Assembly (NCBI GenBank): GCA_031414775.1
Contig: JANOQI010000048.1
Coordinates: 45,232-109,231 of the forward strand
Reading direction: 5' to 3'
Origin: Synechococcales cyanobacterium VAR_4_metabat_354
GTDB lineage: Bacteria > Cyanobacteriota > Cyanobacteriia > Cyanobacteriales > Chamaesiphonaceae
DNA length: 64,000 bases
A program made the translations under genes and the position numbers. Positions 10,568 through 21,012 of the stretch are shown one piece after another (within the stretch, counting starts at the first letter, position 1; each line of letters begins with the position of its first letter). A model generated the notes under the pieces. It had not been told where the DNA came from, ran no database searches, and worked only from the letters and a program-made list of their open reading frames with translations.

Positions 10568-11244
10568 GCAGACACATTAGAGGCTGCTAACTTGCTCAAA
10601 ATATCAACCCACTGGTAACCAGCTAAGCTCGGCAGCACTAAATCGGCGAAACTCAGTCTCTCTGGCGGACCAACTCCTACTACCTTCATCCCAGCCGCTA
10701 GTGCGGCCAATACACCAGCAGCAGCATCTTCAAAGACCAAACAATGCGCTGGTTCTACCTGAAGTAGAGCGGCGGCTTTTAGAAAAACATCTGGAGCTGG
10801 TTTAAACTTAGTAACGCTGTGACCATCAGCGACTTGCTCAAATAGGTGCCGAACTTCTAAGCGCTGGAGTACAAATTCGGCATTCTTACTGGAAGAACCT
10901 AAAGCAATCCGAATTTGTTGGGCTTGTAGTTCAGCTAGCAAATCAGCTACTCCGGGCAGAAGTTGACTACTATCTAAGGATTTAACTAGTTCGAGATAAT
11001 AACTATTTTTGCGATCGAGCATGTCCTGCTTCAGCTCAGCACTAATGATCCGATCGCCTAGCAACCGATTTACGCTATCTTCCCGATTCATCCCCAAAAT
11101 TTGTTCGTACTTAGACTTATTAAAGGGAATACCTTGATCATCAGCGACCTGTTGCCAAGAGCGATAATGCAGATCGATCGTATCCGCTAAAACACCATCC
11201 AGGTCAAAAATAACCGCAGCAATCTGGGGCATTGTCTCAGGCAT
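10564..11244 (-). CDS. beta-phosphoglucomutase-like HAD hydrolase
   Basis: FDLDGVLADT, SSSKNA, KPAPDVF, FEDAAAG; ATG at 11244 overlaps the ndhN stop (alternative start 11232). Confidence 0.88.
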   Translation of the reverse strand: MPETMPQIAAVIFDLDGVLADTIDLHYRSWQQVADDQGIPFNKSKYEQILGMNREDSVNRLLGDRIISAELKQDMLDRKNSYYLELVKSLDSSQLLPGVADLLAELQAQQIRIALGSSSKNAEFVLQRLEVRHLFEQVADGHSVTKFKPAPDVFLKAAALLQVEPAHCLVFEDAAAGVLAALAAGMKVVGVGPPERLSFADLVLPSLAGYQWVDILSKLAASNVSA

Positions 11245-11692
11245 AAACCAATTCAGGGGTGAGTTTTTCCCAGCGAAAATAGCGTTCGCCTCCCAATTCC
11301 ACAATCACTTTCACTTGAGGTATCAGCTGCGGCAAAGTAGACAAATATCCCAGCTCTTCCCCTGACAAAATGTGTCCATCCACCAACCATAGAACCAGAC
11401 CTTTGGAAGTAGCTGGCAAATAGTCCAGCTGGGTTTGGATGACTGGTGGCACATGATAAACGCGGATGTCTTTTTTGCCTAGGTGTGCCGGACGCACCGT
11501 ATGAATACCGGTCAAAAATGCTGATAGATCGCCCAGACCCCGAGCCAGCAATCTACTACTATCATAGCCAGTAGCCCTCAGCCGCCGCTGATAGCGACCT
11601 TCATAACCACCTTCTAGAGGGGAGTAGACCCCTAAAGAACCATGCTGTTCTAAGTCGCGGATGAATGATTTACCAGTTGTTAGTAATGGCAC
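11237..11692 (-). CDS. ndhN: NAD(P)H-quinone oxidoreductase subunit N
   Basis: PLEGGYEGRYQRRLRATGY, RPAHLGKK, VELGGERYFRW. Confidence 0.95.
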   Translation of the reverse strand: MPLLTTGKSFIRDLEQHGSLGVYSPLEGGYEGRYQRRLRATGYDSSRLLARGLGDLSAFLTGIHTVRPAHLGKKDIRVYHVPPVIQTQLDYLPATSKGLVLWLVDGHILSGEELGYLSTLPQLIPQVKVIVELGGERYFRWEKLTPELVYA

Positions 11693-11830
11693 GGTTTGAC
11701 CTTTTTTCTCGATGTAGAGCTGACGTAGTAATCTGCAAAATCTTCTAGCCTACATTATGCCATCTGCGCTGGCTCTTGACAGGATCAGGTAGAGATTTTA
11801 TGATGGAAACCTTGGTTAAAGCAACCATTT

Positions 11831-11914
11831 GCAGGACTGGCGGAATTGGTAGACGCGCTAGATTCAGGTTCTAGTGTTCGCAAGGACTTCCGAGTTCGAG
11901 TCTCGGGTTCTGCA
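11831..11914 (+). tRNA. tRNA-Leu(CAG)
   Basis: D-loop GGAATTGGTAGAC, anticodon arm CTAGA-TTCAGGT-TCTAG, long variable arm, T-loop GTTCGAGT, acceptor GCAGGAC/GTTCTGC plus discriminator A. Confidence 0.95.
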
Positions 11915-11929
11915 CTTCATTCAAGCAAC

Positions 11930-11971
11930 AAAATAGGAGGACAGGTACATAACCTGTCCTCCTATTTTTTT
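11930..11971. terminator. bidirectional intrinsic terminator between tRNA-Leu and wzc
   Basis: AAAATAGGAGGACAGGT-ACATA-ACCTGTCCTCCTATTTTTTT: perfect stem with A and T tracts, between convergent genes. Confidence 0.9.
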
Positions 11972-11996
11972 AACTACCCATCAATGAGTGTCTTCA

Positions 11997-14219
11997 TTAA
12001 TTAGTAATATTATTTTTAGTTTCATCCACTAACACCGCAGTGATCGTCGTCGGAGTATGGTCTGTACCGTTAGTACTGTAGTAGTAATCCTTAAAACGTT
12101 TGCCAGGATCTACCTTGACATCATTAAGAACCATGCCCAAAACATTTTGGCCAGACTGAGTCAGAATCTCATTACAGGTATCGATCGAATCCTTATCAGC
12201 CACCCCAGGACGACAGACAAAAACAAGACCATTAGATTGTTTCGAGAGAATTGTGGCATCCGCCGCTACAGTCAATGGTGGCGCATCAATAATCACCACA
12301 TCGAAATCTCTTGACCATTCTGCTATTAAAACGCCCATCTGTGATGAATCGATTAAAGCAACTGGGTTAGGTGGAATGACACCAGCTGTCAACAGATACA
12401 AATTGGGATCTAGTTCAATAACCGCATCCTCAAAACTGATTTGCCCTGTCAGCACACTACTTAAACCAACATTGGGATCTTGGCGCCAAATGCGATGTTG
12501 AGATGGCTTCCGCATATCAGCATCAACCAAAAGCACTCTCCGACCTAGCTCTGATGTGACAATTGCTAGGTTAGCTGCGACCGTGGATTTGCCTTCCCGA
12601 GGCCGAGAACTAGACATCACCAATACTTTGACTTGATTGTCAGCATTGAGGAAACGCAAATTGGTTTGCAGTGAGCGAAATGCTTCTTTTTCCATATCGC
12701 TACCAGCATTCTTGTGAATCGACTTATGCAAGTTAGTCGATTGGCCAAACAGCAATTTGGTAGTAACGATTAGGTCTTTCTGCTCAAATCCAGGAATAAT
12801 ACCCAAAACTGGAAATTCTGGTAACAAATCACGAGCTTCTTGAGCCGTTTTAATTCGTCGATCAAAACTATCCAAGACAAAAGCTGTGGCCGCACCCAAA
12901 ATCAGTCCTAAAAGTACTCCGACACTGATACTTTGCTCCAACTTCGCTGAAATTTTCTCATTCTCGCCCGGCAGAGTCGCTGGTACCACCACCGATACAT
13001 TTCCAGTATTTTGGTTTTCAGCAATTTTAAACTCTTGTAACCGAGCTAAAAGTGTCTTGTAGGTGGTCACCGACACTTCTACACCCCTGCCCAAATCCCG
13101 CATCTGTTGTTCTAGCTGGGGAAGTTTTTGAATTCTGCTGCTATAGCCAGCTGCTACAGACTTTAGTGATTCCAGCTTTTTCTCTAGACTACTCTTCTCT
13201 GCAACCGCTTTTGCATAATCAGAAATCATCGATTCCTGAATCCCTTTGGATTGCAAATCTACGATTTGACTTTGGTTGCGACCGCCAATCAAAGTTCCTT
13301 TGATGCGCTTTTGAAGATCGGCTTTCAGAGCCTGTTCTTTGGCTTGTAGGTCTTGAATATTAGGACTATTATCTGTGAAGCGAGCACGCTCCTCTACCAA
13401 TTTTTTTTGGACTGCTTGTAGGGACACCAGCGAATCTCTGACCCCAGGTGTCTCACTCACTAAACCGATGCGGGTATTAGTTTGAACATCAACGCCCAAA
13501 ACTTCTTGCATTCTTCCCACTCGGGCAGATTCAGCCGATAGCTCACCTTGAGCAGTGGTAATTTCTTTACTAAGTTCAGTAAAGATTTCCACTGACTTGG
13601 TAGCTTCAGCAGTGAGATCCACTACGCCTTCTTTCTCTCTGAATAATCGGAGATTATTCTCAGCTTTTCTTACCTTTGCTTCTACTTCTGGCAATTGTTG
13701 CTCGACAAAAGACCGAGCAGCTCTGGTGTCCGATCGCTGGGCATTTAAGTCTCTTTGCACGTACAAAGATATAACTTTATTTATTACCTGCTGGTTTGTT
13801 TCTCGGTTAGGACCTTGATAAGAGACTTCCAAAATCTCAGTTCCTTTGACATTGGCCACCTTGAAATTAGCAGCGAATTGTTCAGGTGTCATCGGCTCAC
13901 CTTTACGATCCTTCAACTGTAGAGAATTGATCGTATCTTGCATAATTGGCAAGGATTTTACAACTTCTACTTGAGTGCTCATCGGATTATTCAGAGCACT
14001 ATCAGCACCACCGCCAGTCAAATTCTCTATCTTGGATAGTCCTTCCAATAAACCAGACGATTTAGTAGACTTCTTGATCTGTACTTGTGCTTTAGATTGA
14101 TAATTCGGTGGCTGGCGAATAGCATATATGGTCACAAGCAAAGTGGTAAACGCCAGTACCAGAGATGCTGGTAACCAACGTCTTCTCAAGATTAAGCTAT
14201 ATCGTAAGATTTCTTCCAT
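11997..14219 (-). CDS. wzc: Wzc/GumC polysaccharide co-polymerase, tyrosine autokinase
   Basis: Two TM helices flanking a long coiled coil; Walker A PREGKST, VDADMRKP, IIDAPP; C-terminal YYY cluster. Confidence 0.92.
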   Translation of the reverse strand: MEEILRYSLILRRRWLPASLVLAFTTLLVTIYAIRQPPNYQSKAQVQIKKSTKSSGLLEGLSKIENLTGGGADSALNNPMSTQVEVVKSLPIMQDTINSLQLKDRKGEPMTPEQFAANFKVANVKGTEILEVSYQGPNRETNQQVINKVISLYVQRDLNAQRSDTRAARSFVEQQLPEVEAKVRKAENNLRLFREKEGVVDLTAEATKSVEIFTELSKEITTAQGELSAESARVGRMQEVLGVDVQTNTRIGLVSETPGVRDSLVSLQAVQKKLVEERARFTDNSPNIQDLQAKEQALKADLQKRIKGTLIGGRNQSQIVDLQSKGIQESMISDYAKAVAEKSSLEKKLESLKSVAAGYSSRIQKLPQLEQQMRDLGRGVEVSVTTYKTLLARLQEFKIAENQNTGNVSVVVPATLPGENEKISAKLEQSISVGVLLGLILGAATAFVLDSFDRRIKTAQEARDLLPEFPVLGIIPGFEQKDLIVTTKLLFGQSTNLHKSIHKNAGSDMEKEAFRSLQTNLRFLNADNQVKVLVMSSSRPREGKSTVAANLAIVTSELGRRVLLVDADMRKPSQHRIWRQDPNVGLSSVLTGQISFEDAVIELDPNLYLLTAGVIPPNPVALIDSSQMGVLIAEWSRDFDVVIIDAPPLTVAADATILSKQSNGLVFVCRPGVADKDSIDTCNEILTQSGQNVLGMVLNDVKVDPGKRFKDYYYSTNGTDHTPTTITAVLVDETKNNITN

Positions 14220-14526
14220 GAGTAAATTAGAATTGGGGTTAGTTGGAAATTAGTGCTGTTGAAGATTTACTGGAATCCTCATAAAATGAATTCCATGCTA
14301 CTCTCCAACCTTGATTATATCTAAAGACTTTGATGATCTACATCATGTATGTGGCTGATCCCAAAATTTAGTCGGCAAATTAGGGTGAGCCGTCAGCGGC
14401 TTAGCCCAACCGCTTGTAACTGTGTTTTTTTGTTAATTTCTTGCAAAGAAAAAACTCTCAGACTGGATGATGAGCGGAAGATATATTTGACTCAATTCTT
14501 CACACAATTATAAAAAGGCATATCAA

Positions 14527-15582
14527 ATGACTGGTGATAATCAAACTCCTTTGCTTTTACGTGCGGCTCGGGGGGAAACAGTCGAACGTACTCCTGTGTG
14601 GATGATGCGTCAAGCTGGCCGCTACATGAAGGTCTATCGCGATTTGCGAGAAAAGTATCCTTCATTTCGCGATAGGTCAGAAATCCCCGAGGTAGCGATC
14701 GAGGTTTCCCTACAACCATGGAAAGCATTTCAGCCAGATGGCGTGATTCTATTTTCAGATATTGTTACCCCTCTGCCAGGTTTGGGGATTGATATGGACA
14801 TCGCCGAAGGGAAAGGACCGATTATTCACGCACCGCTGCGCACTGCTGCCCAAATCGAGGCTTTGCACCCCCTTGAACCATCGGAGACCATGCCGTTCAT
14901 CCAAACAATTCTGAAATCTTTGCGGCAAGAAGTTGGTAACAAAGCGACGGTGCTAGGCTTTGTTGGCGCACCTTGGACGCTCGCCGCTTATGCAGTGGAA
15001 GGTAAAGGATCGAAGAATTACGAGACGATCAAAGGAATGGCTTTTAGCGAGCCGGCTCTCTTGCACAAGTTACTATCCAAAATTGCCGATGCGATCGCAG
15101 TGTACGTGCGTTATCAAATCGACAGCGGCGCTCAAGTAGTCCAAATGTTCGATTCCTGGGCGGGTTACCTTAGTCCTCAAGACTATGCTGTTTTTGCCTT
15201 GCCCTACCAACAACAGGTATTTAGACAGGTGAAAGAAACTCACCCCGATACACCATTGATTTTACTGGTGACTGGCAGCGGCGGCATCCTAGAAATGATG
15301 GGTGAATCTGGTTGTGATATGGTCAGCCTGGACTGGACTGTAGATATGGCAGTCGGTCGCCAACGCATTGGCGCTCACATTGGCGCTCAAGGCAATATGG
15401 ACCCTTGCGCCCTCTATGCACCACAGAGTTTTATTCAGGAGCGCATTCTAGACACCATGCGGAAGGCCGGTAGCCATAAACATATTATGAATTTGGGTCA
15501 TGGGGTTTTACCAACAACACCCGAAGACAATGTGCGGTTCTTCTTTGAGACTGCCAAAAATGCTAAGGCTTTGATGGGTTAA
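14527..15582 (+). CDS. hemE: uroporphyrinogen decarboxylase
   Basis: [26 protein letters not shown]. Confidence 0.98.
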   Translation: MTGDNQTPLLLRAARGETVERTPVWMMRQAGRYMKVYRDLREKYPSFRDRSEIPEVAIEVSLQPWKAFQPDGVILFSDIVTPLPGLGIDMDIAEGKGPIIHAPLRTAAQIEALHPLEPSETMPFIQTILKSLRQEVGNKATVLGFVGAPWTLAAYAVEGKGSKNYETIKGMAFSEPALLHKLLSKIADAIAVYVRYQIDSGAQVVQMFDSWAGYLSPQDYAVFALPYQQQVFRQVKETHPDTPLILLVTGSGGILEMMGESGCDMVSLDWTVDMAVGRQRIGAHIGAQGNMDPCALYAPQSFIQERILDTMRKAGSHKHIMNLGHGVLPTTPEDNVRFFFETAKNAKALMG

Positions 15583-15597
15583 ATCTGCTCAATCAAA

Positions 15598-15647
15598 ATT
15601 TTAAGGGCAGTGGGTTTCGACTACGTTCAACCCACTGCCCTTAAAAT
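15598..15647 (+). terminator. long intergenic hairpin after hemE
   Basis: ATTTTAAGGGCAGTGGGTT / AACCCACTGCCCTTAAAAT 19-bp stem, 12-nt loop, followed by GTTTTT. Confidence 0.7.
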
Positions 15648-15674
15648 GTTTTTACTGTCTTCTTTATTTTTGCT

Positions 15675-16625
15675 ATGCGTATTCTGGTGACTGGGGCAAG
15701 CGGCGGTGTTGGTCATTATGTCAGTGAGACATTTATCAACAACACCGATCATGAGTTGTTTTTGATGATGCGCAGCCCAGCCAAATTTCAGCTAGATCCT
15801 CAAGTCCGAGCCGGGGTGAACATTGTCACTGCCGATATGAAGCAGATTGGCGATCAAGCAGCGCTGTTACAAACGATCGATGTGGCAATCTTGACGGCAG
15901 CTAGTTGGGGTGGCCAAGATGCCTTTGATGTGAATTATACCAAGACCCACGAGTTACTCAGCTTGCTTAATCCCCAGGTTTGTCAGCAGGTCATTTATTT
16001 CTCTACGGCGAGTGTTTTGAATCGCCAGAATCAGCTTCTACCAGAGGCCGGTCAGATTGGCACCGACTATATCAAGTCCAAGTATCAGTGCTTTTCGACT
16101 TTAGGTGAGTTGGCGATCGCCGATCGTATCACTACTGTATTTCCGACGCTGGTGCTGGGCGGCGACGAAAATAAGCCCTATTCTTTCCTCTCCGCCGACT
16201 TACCAGATGTGACCAAATATGCTGGATTGCTACGCTGGATTAAGGCCGAGGGCAGCTTTCACTTTATCCATGGTCAAGATATTGCCGCAGTGGTACGTTA
16301 TTTAGTGGAGCATCCCGAAGTTGCGGATAAGTACGATCGCAAGGTGGTGATGGGTAATCAGCAAGTGATGGTAGAAAAGGGAATTCAAGAAATTTGTGCT
16401 TATTTGGGCAAACCGGTAATTTTCCAAGTGCCTTTATCGATCGCCCTCATTAATTTGGTAATTAAGGTCTTCAGAATTCAAATGGCTGAGTGGGATTATT
16501 TCTGTTTGCAAAACCGCCATGAAATTCATTCACCGATTGTTAGTCCGGCCACCTTCGGTCTGCCGGTTTATGCCGCCACCCTCAGCGAGGTACTGAGTAC
16601 TAGAGGTATTAAGCAAGTAGCCTAG
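15675..16625 (+). CDS. NAD-dependent epimerase/dehydratase family protein
   Basis: ILVTGASGGVG Rossmann motif and YIKSK (YxxxK). Confidence 0.9.
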   Translation: MRILVTGASGGVGHYVSETFINNTDHELFLMMRSPAKFQLDPQVRAGVNIVTADMKQIGDQAALLQTIDVAILTAASWGGQDAFDVNYTKTHELLSLLNPQVCQQVIYFSTASVLNRQNQLLPEAGQIGTDYIKSKYQCFSTLGELAIADRITTVFPTLVLGGDENKPYSFLSADLPDVTKYAGLLRWIKAEGSFHFIHGQDIAAVVRYLVEHPEVADKYDRKVVMGNQQVMVEKGIQEICAYLGKPVIFQVPLSIALINLVIKVFRIQMAEWDYFCLQNRHEIHSPIVSPATFGLPVYAATLSEVLSTRGIKQVA

Positions 16626-19600
16626 CCTTCGCGGATAAGCTGGAGCAGATCGTTGGTAGAAATCTTGCCGCTCATCTCGGTACCCTCTAGCAAACTATTG
16701 GCCAGATCGCGTTTGTGTTGGTGTAAGTCTACGATCTTGTCTTCGATCGTGCCTTTAGCCACCAAGCGGTAAATGGTGACTGGCCGCAGTTGGCCGATCC
16801 GGTGCGCTCGATCGGATGCTTGATCTTCCACCGCTGGATTCCACCAGGGATCCAAATGAATTACATAGTCGGCGGCAGTAAGGTTCAGACCGGTGCCACC
16901 CGCCTTCAGACTAATTAAGAACACATCGCCTTCTCCAGCCTGGAAAGCATCCACCCGCTTTTTGCGTTCCTTGGCTGGAGTCCCACCATCTAAGTATTGA
17001 TAGGAAATCTGGCGTTCTTCCAAATATTTTTTAACAATTTGGAGGTGATCGACAAACTGGCTAAAGACCAGAGCTTTATGGCCGTTATCGAGCAGCTCGG
17101 TCACGGTTTCACCAAATAACTCTAGCTTGGAACTAGCCAGATTTACCCCTGGTTTAACCAACTGGGCATTACAACAGGCGCGGCGCAAGCGCATCAATTC
17201 GGCCAACACCTGCAAATGCTTCTGTCCGGCCTTGGCATCACTATTGGTGATTTTCTCGATCGCTTCCCGGCGCAGGGCTTCATAAAAGAGCTGTTCTTCT
17301 CTGCTGAGCTGGACATGCAGCAGAATTTCGGTGCGGGAGGGCAGCTCGGCTAACACCTGAGTTTTGGTACGACGCAGAATGAACGGCTGAATTAGTTTTT
17401 TGAGCCTAGCTCGGGCTAATTTATCTTGATTACGTTCGATCGCATTGGCAAATTTTTGGTTGAAGTTATCTAGGGAACCCAAAAGGCCGGGATTGATAAA
17501 CTGGAAAAGATTCCACAATTCGCCCAAATGATTCTCGATCGGAGTGCCGGTAGTCAGTAATTTAAACTTACCTTGCAGCCGCATCGCCGCTTGCGATCGC
17601 TTGGTTGCTCCGTTTTTGATCGCTTGGGCTTCATCCAAAACGATGGTCTCCCACTCCACTTCGGCCAACATGTCAGCGACATCTTCCTGTTGCAGTAAGC
17701 CATAACTACAAATCAGCAGGTCTAAAGGTTGGAGATTATCCAGCGTCTGTTGTCGATCGCTAATCCCTAGTTGGATCACATTTAAGGTCGGCGCAAACTT
17801 ATCGACCTCCCCCAACCAATTGGTACAAACCGAAGTAGGAGCTAAAATGAGCGTAGGTCCAGCTGCGGCTCGATTCAAAATCAAGGCCAGCGCCTGTAAA
17901 GTCTTACCCAAACCCATATCATCGGCCAAGCAAGCACCGACTCCCCAGTGCGCCAGCTGAGACAGCCACCGAAAGCCATCTAACTGATAGTCACGCAGTT
18001 CCGCTTGCAGTGTGGAAGGCAACTTTGGTTGAAAAGTCTTGAGATCCTGTAATTTCTGGACTTGGGCTTGCCAATGATGATCAGCTTCCAGATGACCAAC
18101 TTCAGCAAAAACATCCTGCATCGCTAAACCAGCCAGAGGATGAAATTTCAACCCCTTGCCTTGAGGTTGCGAAAAAGCCCGTAGCTCATCTAGCTGTTTA
18201 CGGAAGCTGGCCGTCAAAGCCAAAAATTCGCCATTCCCCAAGGGAATAAAGCGACTATTAGATCCGGCCAGTAAGTCCATTAGTTGGCGCATATCCAGCA
18301 CTTGATCATCGTCTAGTTTCAGCTCGCCACTGGCCTCAAACCAATCGCGCTGCCGCTCAATCCGCATATTGAAAGACTTTAAGTCCGCCCGTTGCTTAAT
18401 TTTGAGCTTTTCGCCCTCTGGCCATTCCACCACCGCCAAGTCTGCCAAAGTTTGCAAATCTAGCAACAACTCCAAACAAGCTTCTGGGTCACTAATCAGC
18501 CACTCGCTATTTTCCGACTCCCATGATTCTAAGGTTGGGCAAGCGGTGACTACCAACTTCGCCAACTGCTTTTCTTCATCTAGCGATCGAACAGTCTGAA
18601 ATTTCTCGCCATCAATCTCAGCAATGACCATCACGCCCCCTTGGCCAGGCTGAAAATAAGGGCCATGCTGGTCAAATGGTCGTACCAGTACTGCTATTTT
18701 TAAACCCGCACCGGCTGGCAATAAGTGGATATGTGGCTGTGAATTAGCAGCGACGGTGTGGGCATTGCCCACGCCTCCACCAATGTCGGAATGCACTGTC
18801 ACCAAACTAGCAATGCTATCGATCGCTGCCAACACCCGATCCTTTGCTTCTTCGGGAACGTTCAGTTGAGAACCCAACAAATCAGCCACCTTTTGATAAT
18901 CGGCTGTTACCTCAATCACCTGAATTCTGGTAGGAGTCTCTTTCACAACTACTAATTTTTGATTTTTAGTGACACTGGGTGATAGTTGTAAAGATATACC
19001 TGTCGAGGTTTTTTGGACAAATAAGGCCGGTTCACCGCGCACGATTTCCACGGCAATGGTGGGGGAGTCAGCCCAAAAAACTAAAGGATGACCAATCAGA
19101 GCAATAATTGATTCATCGCTAAAACTATAGTCCCTGTCCCCACCGTAATAACTACTCACGTAAGTAGTCTCAATACCAGCACAAATCATAGTGTCTTGGG
19201 CGGTTAAATAATCAAAATCGGAGAGTTTAGTGAGGCGACGAATAGCGATCGGACGACCTTTACTCCAATCTCCTTTAGCATTAATTTTTTGCTCGCGCGG
19301 CTCAATAAAATAACTATTGCTGCCATAAAAAGTAATGAACCACACCATCCTTTTGCCAGTAGCAGAAATGGCTTTGGAATTGTTCTGAGGGGCAGCATTC
19401 AGCTGAGTGAGAGCCGTGAGACATAGTTCCCAGGGTTCTTGATAAGGAATCAAATTCACAATCGGCGAGATTTCCAAGTCCTGTTGCAAGATATCGGCAG
19501 CTGATCGATATTTACTGTTAAGTTTCGCTAAAATTTCTGCCGCCTCCAGAGCCATCCATTGATAACCACCCACAATAGCTTGTTTATATAATGGCGCGAT

Positions 19601-20800
19601 TAACTTAGGCAGATTTTTTTTGGCGATTTCTCGATCGACCCAGCTCAGACAGAGAGCGGCCACCAACATTTCAATGCTACTGACATACGAAAATGGTGGA
19701 ATTGACATATTTAAAATCGCTGTCTTTTGGGTCATATCACCCTGCTGAAGACCAACAATACATTTCAGCCGTCCATAGCTATTTTGCAACCAATGGTCTT
19801 TTTGCTTAGACATTTGAGTGGTGTAGTCTTTGGCCTGCTGTAATGAAGTCGCAGAGCCTTCTTTAATGAGTGCAAAAATGAAAAATAAGCCTTCTAAAGT
19901 ATCAAAATAACCATTGCGCTTGCCAGACAATTTGCGAAGTCCGGCTAGAGCCTGGGAAAAGTAGTCGATCGATAGCGCATAGTCACCAGCTAAAAATTTC
20001 GCCCAACCCCAGTAAGTCAGGGTATCAAGGTTTTTCTCGAATTTTTCGAGGCAGCCGATCGCATCAGCTAAGCGCCCCCGCAACAGTAACTGGCTAATCA
20101 ATAACCGTGACCTAAAGTCATTCGATTTACTAGTCAAAGCATACTTCTGCAACCAATTAAATACCTCTGTGGTTGGAGATAGTCGAAATACCGCCTCTGA
20201 AAAAATACTGTTCAGAACCAAGTCCGCTAACTCTCTATCGAACGTCTGAAATAGTTCTAAATTGAAAGGATTGTTACAGACAGAATTAAGGATTCTGGCA
20301 AAAGAAAACTCCTGGTCGTAGTTAAATTGATTATAGTCATCTAGCTGGCGGGCGACAAAAGCAATATCATTGCGATAAATACCAATCCGCAATTCCCGCA
20401 CTAACTCGTTGCGGCTAGCAAATCGCCTGGTTCCACTATAATTATTCTTAACTGGAATATTTTTGCTAATAACATCGACAAATTTTTTAAATTCTTGCTG
20501 CTGCAAGGTATCCCAGGTGACTGTTTCTACCATCAAAGGATGACAACTCAACTCGAACCGCCGATCTTCTACGAGTAAACCATCCTGAAGTAGTCGATCG
20601 AGATGTGGCTTAAGTTTGCCAGGTGTCAATAATTGATCTTTTGATAAGACCTGATTCAGACAAACTAGAATATTAGTACGATTGATGGGGGCATAGATTA
20701 CCGAAAACAGCCGCATCATTTTTTGCTCGATCGATGGTAGCTCTTGGTAAGCATCGATAAGCTGAGCACGCGAGCAGCTGCCAACAGTCGAATCTTTCAT
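16622..20800 (-). CDS. SNF2/SWI2-family helicase (1392 aa)
   Basis: LRDYQ, LADDMGLGKT, DEAQ, TGTPIEN, FILRRTK, LVFSQF, WWNPAVEDQASDRAHRIGQ. Confidence 0.95.
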   Translation of the reverse strand: MKDSTVGSCSRAQLIDAYQELPSIEQKMMRLFSVIYAPINRTNILVCLNQVLSKDQLLTPGKLKPHLDRLLQDGLLVEDRRFELSCHPLMVETVTWDTLQQQEFKKFVDVISKNIPVKNNYSGTRRFASRNELVRELRIGIYRNDIAFVARQLDDYNQFNYDQEFSFARILNSVCNNPFNLELFQTFDRELADLVLNSIFSEAVFRLSPTTEVFNWLQKYALTSKSNDFRSRLLISQLLLRGRLADAIGCLEKFEKNLDTLTYWGWAKFLAGDYALSIDYFSQALAGLRKLSGKRNGYFDTLEGLFFIFALIKEGSATSLQQAKDYTTQMSKQKDHWLQNSYGRLKCIVGLQQGDMTQKTAILNMSIPPFSYVSSIEMLVAALCLSWVDREIAKKNLPKLIAPLYKQAIVGGYQWMALEAAEILAKLNSKYRSAADILQQDLEISPIVNLIPYQEPWELCLTALTQLNAAPQNNSKAISATGKRMVWFITFYGSNSYFIEPREQKINAKGDWSKGRPIAIRRLTKLSDFDYLTAQDTMICAGIETTYVSSYYGGDRDYSFSDESIIALIGHPLVFWADSPTIAVEIVRGEPALFVQKTSTGISLQLSPSVTKNQKLVVVKETPTRIQVIEVTADYQKVADLLGSQLNVPEEAKDRVLAAIDSIASLVTVHSDIGGGVGNAHTVAANSQPHIHLLPAGAGLKIAVLVRPFDQHGPYFQPGQGGVMVIAEIDGEKFQTVRSLDEEKQLAKLVVTACPTLESWESENSEWLISDPEACLELLLDLQTLADLAVVEWPEGEKLKIKQRADLKSFNMRIERQRDWFEASGELKLDDDQVLDMRQLMDLLAGSNSRFIPLGNGEFLALTASFRKQLDELRAFSQPQGKGLKFHPLAGLAMQDVFAEVGHLEADHHWQAQVQKLQDLKTFQPKLPSTLQAELRDYQLDGFRWLSQLAHWGVGACLADDMGLGKTLQALALILNRAAAGPTLILAPTSVCTNWLGEVDKFAPTLNVIQLGISDRQQTLDNLQPLDLLICSYGLLQQEDVADMLAEVEWETIVLDEAQAIKNGATKRSQAAMRLQGKFKLLTTGTPIENHLGELWNLFQFINPGLLGSLDNFNQKFANAIERNQDKLARARLKKLIQPFILRRTKTQVLAELPSRTEILLHVQLSREEQLFYEALRREAIEKITNSDAKAGQKHLQVLAELMRLRRACCNAQLVKPGVNLASSKLELFGETVTELLDNGHKALVFSQFVDHLQIVKKYLEERQISYQYLDGGTPAKERKKRVDAFQAGEGDVFLISLKAGGTGLNLTAADYVIHLDPWWNPAVEDQASDRAHRIGQLRPVTIYRLVAKGTIEDKIVDLHQHKRDLANSLLEGTEMSGKISTNDLLQLIREG

Positions 20801-20884
20801 GAATAGTCTTTAGAGGGTGATCTAAACAATTCTAGTCGATCGAACCAAGGCTGTTCAACCAGATCAGAGTTTGCAAGAAATGTA

Positions 20885-20958
<74 letters not shown>

Positions 20959-21012
20959 AATTTCGTCTTATTATAGCAAGGCTACCGAAATTCTCCCAGC
21001 AAGAGTAATGAC

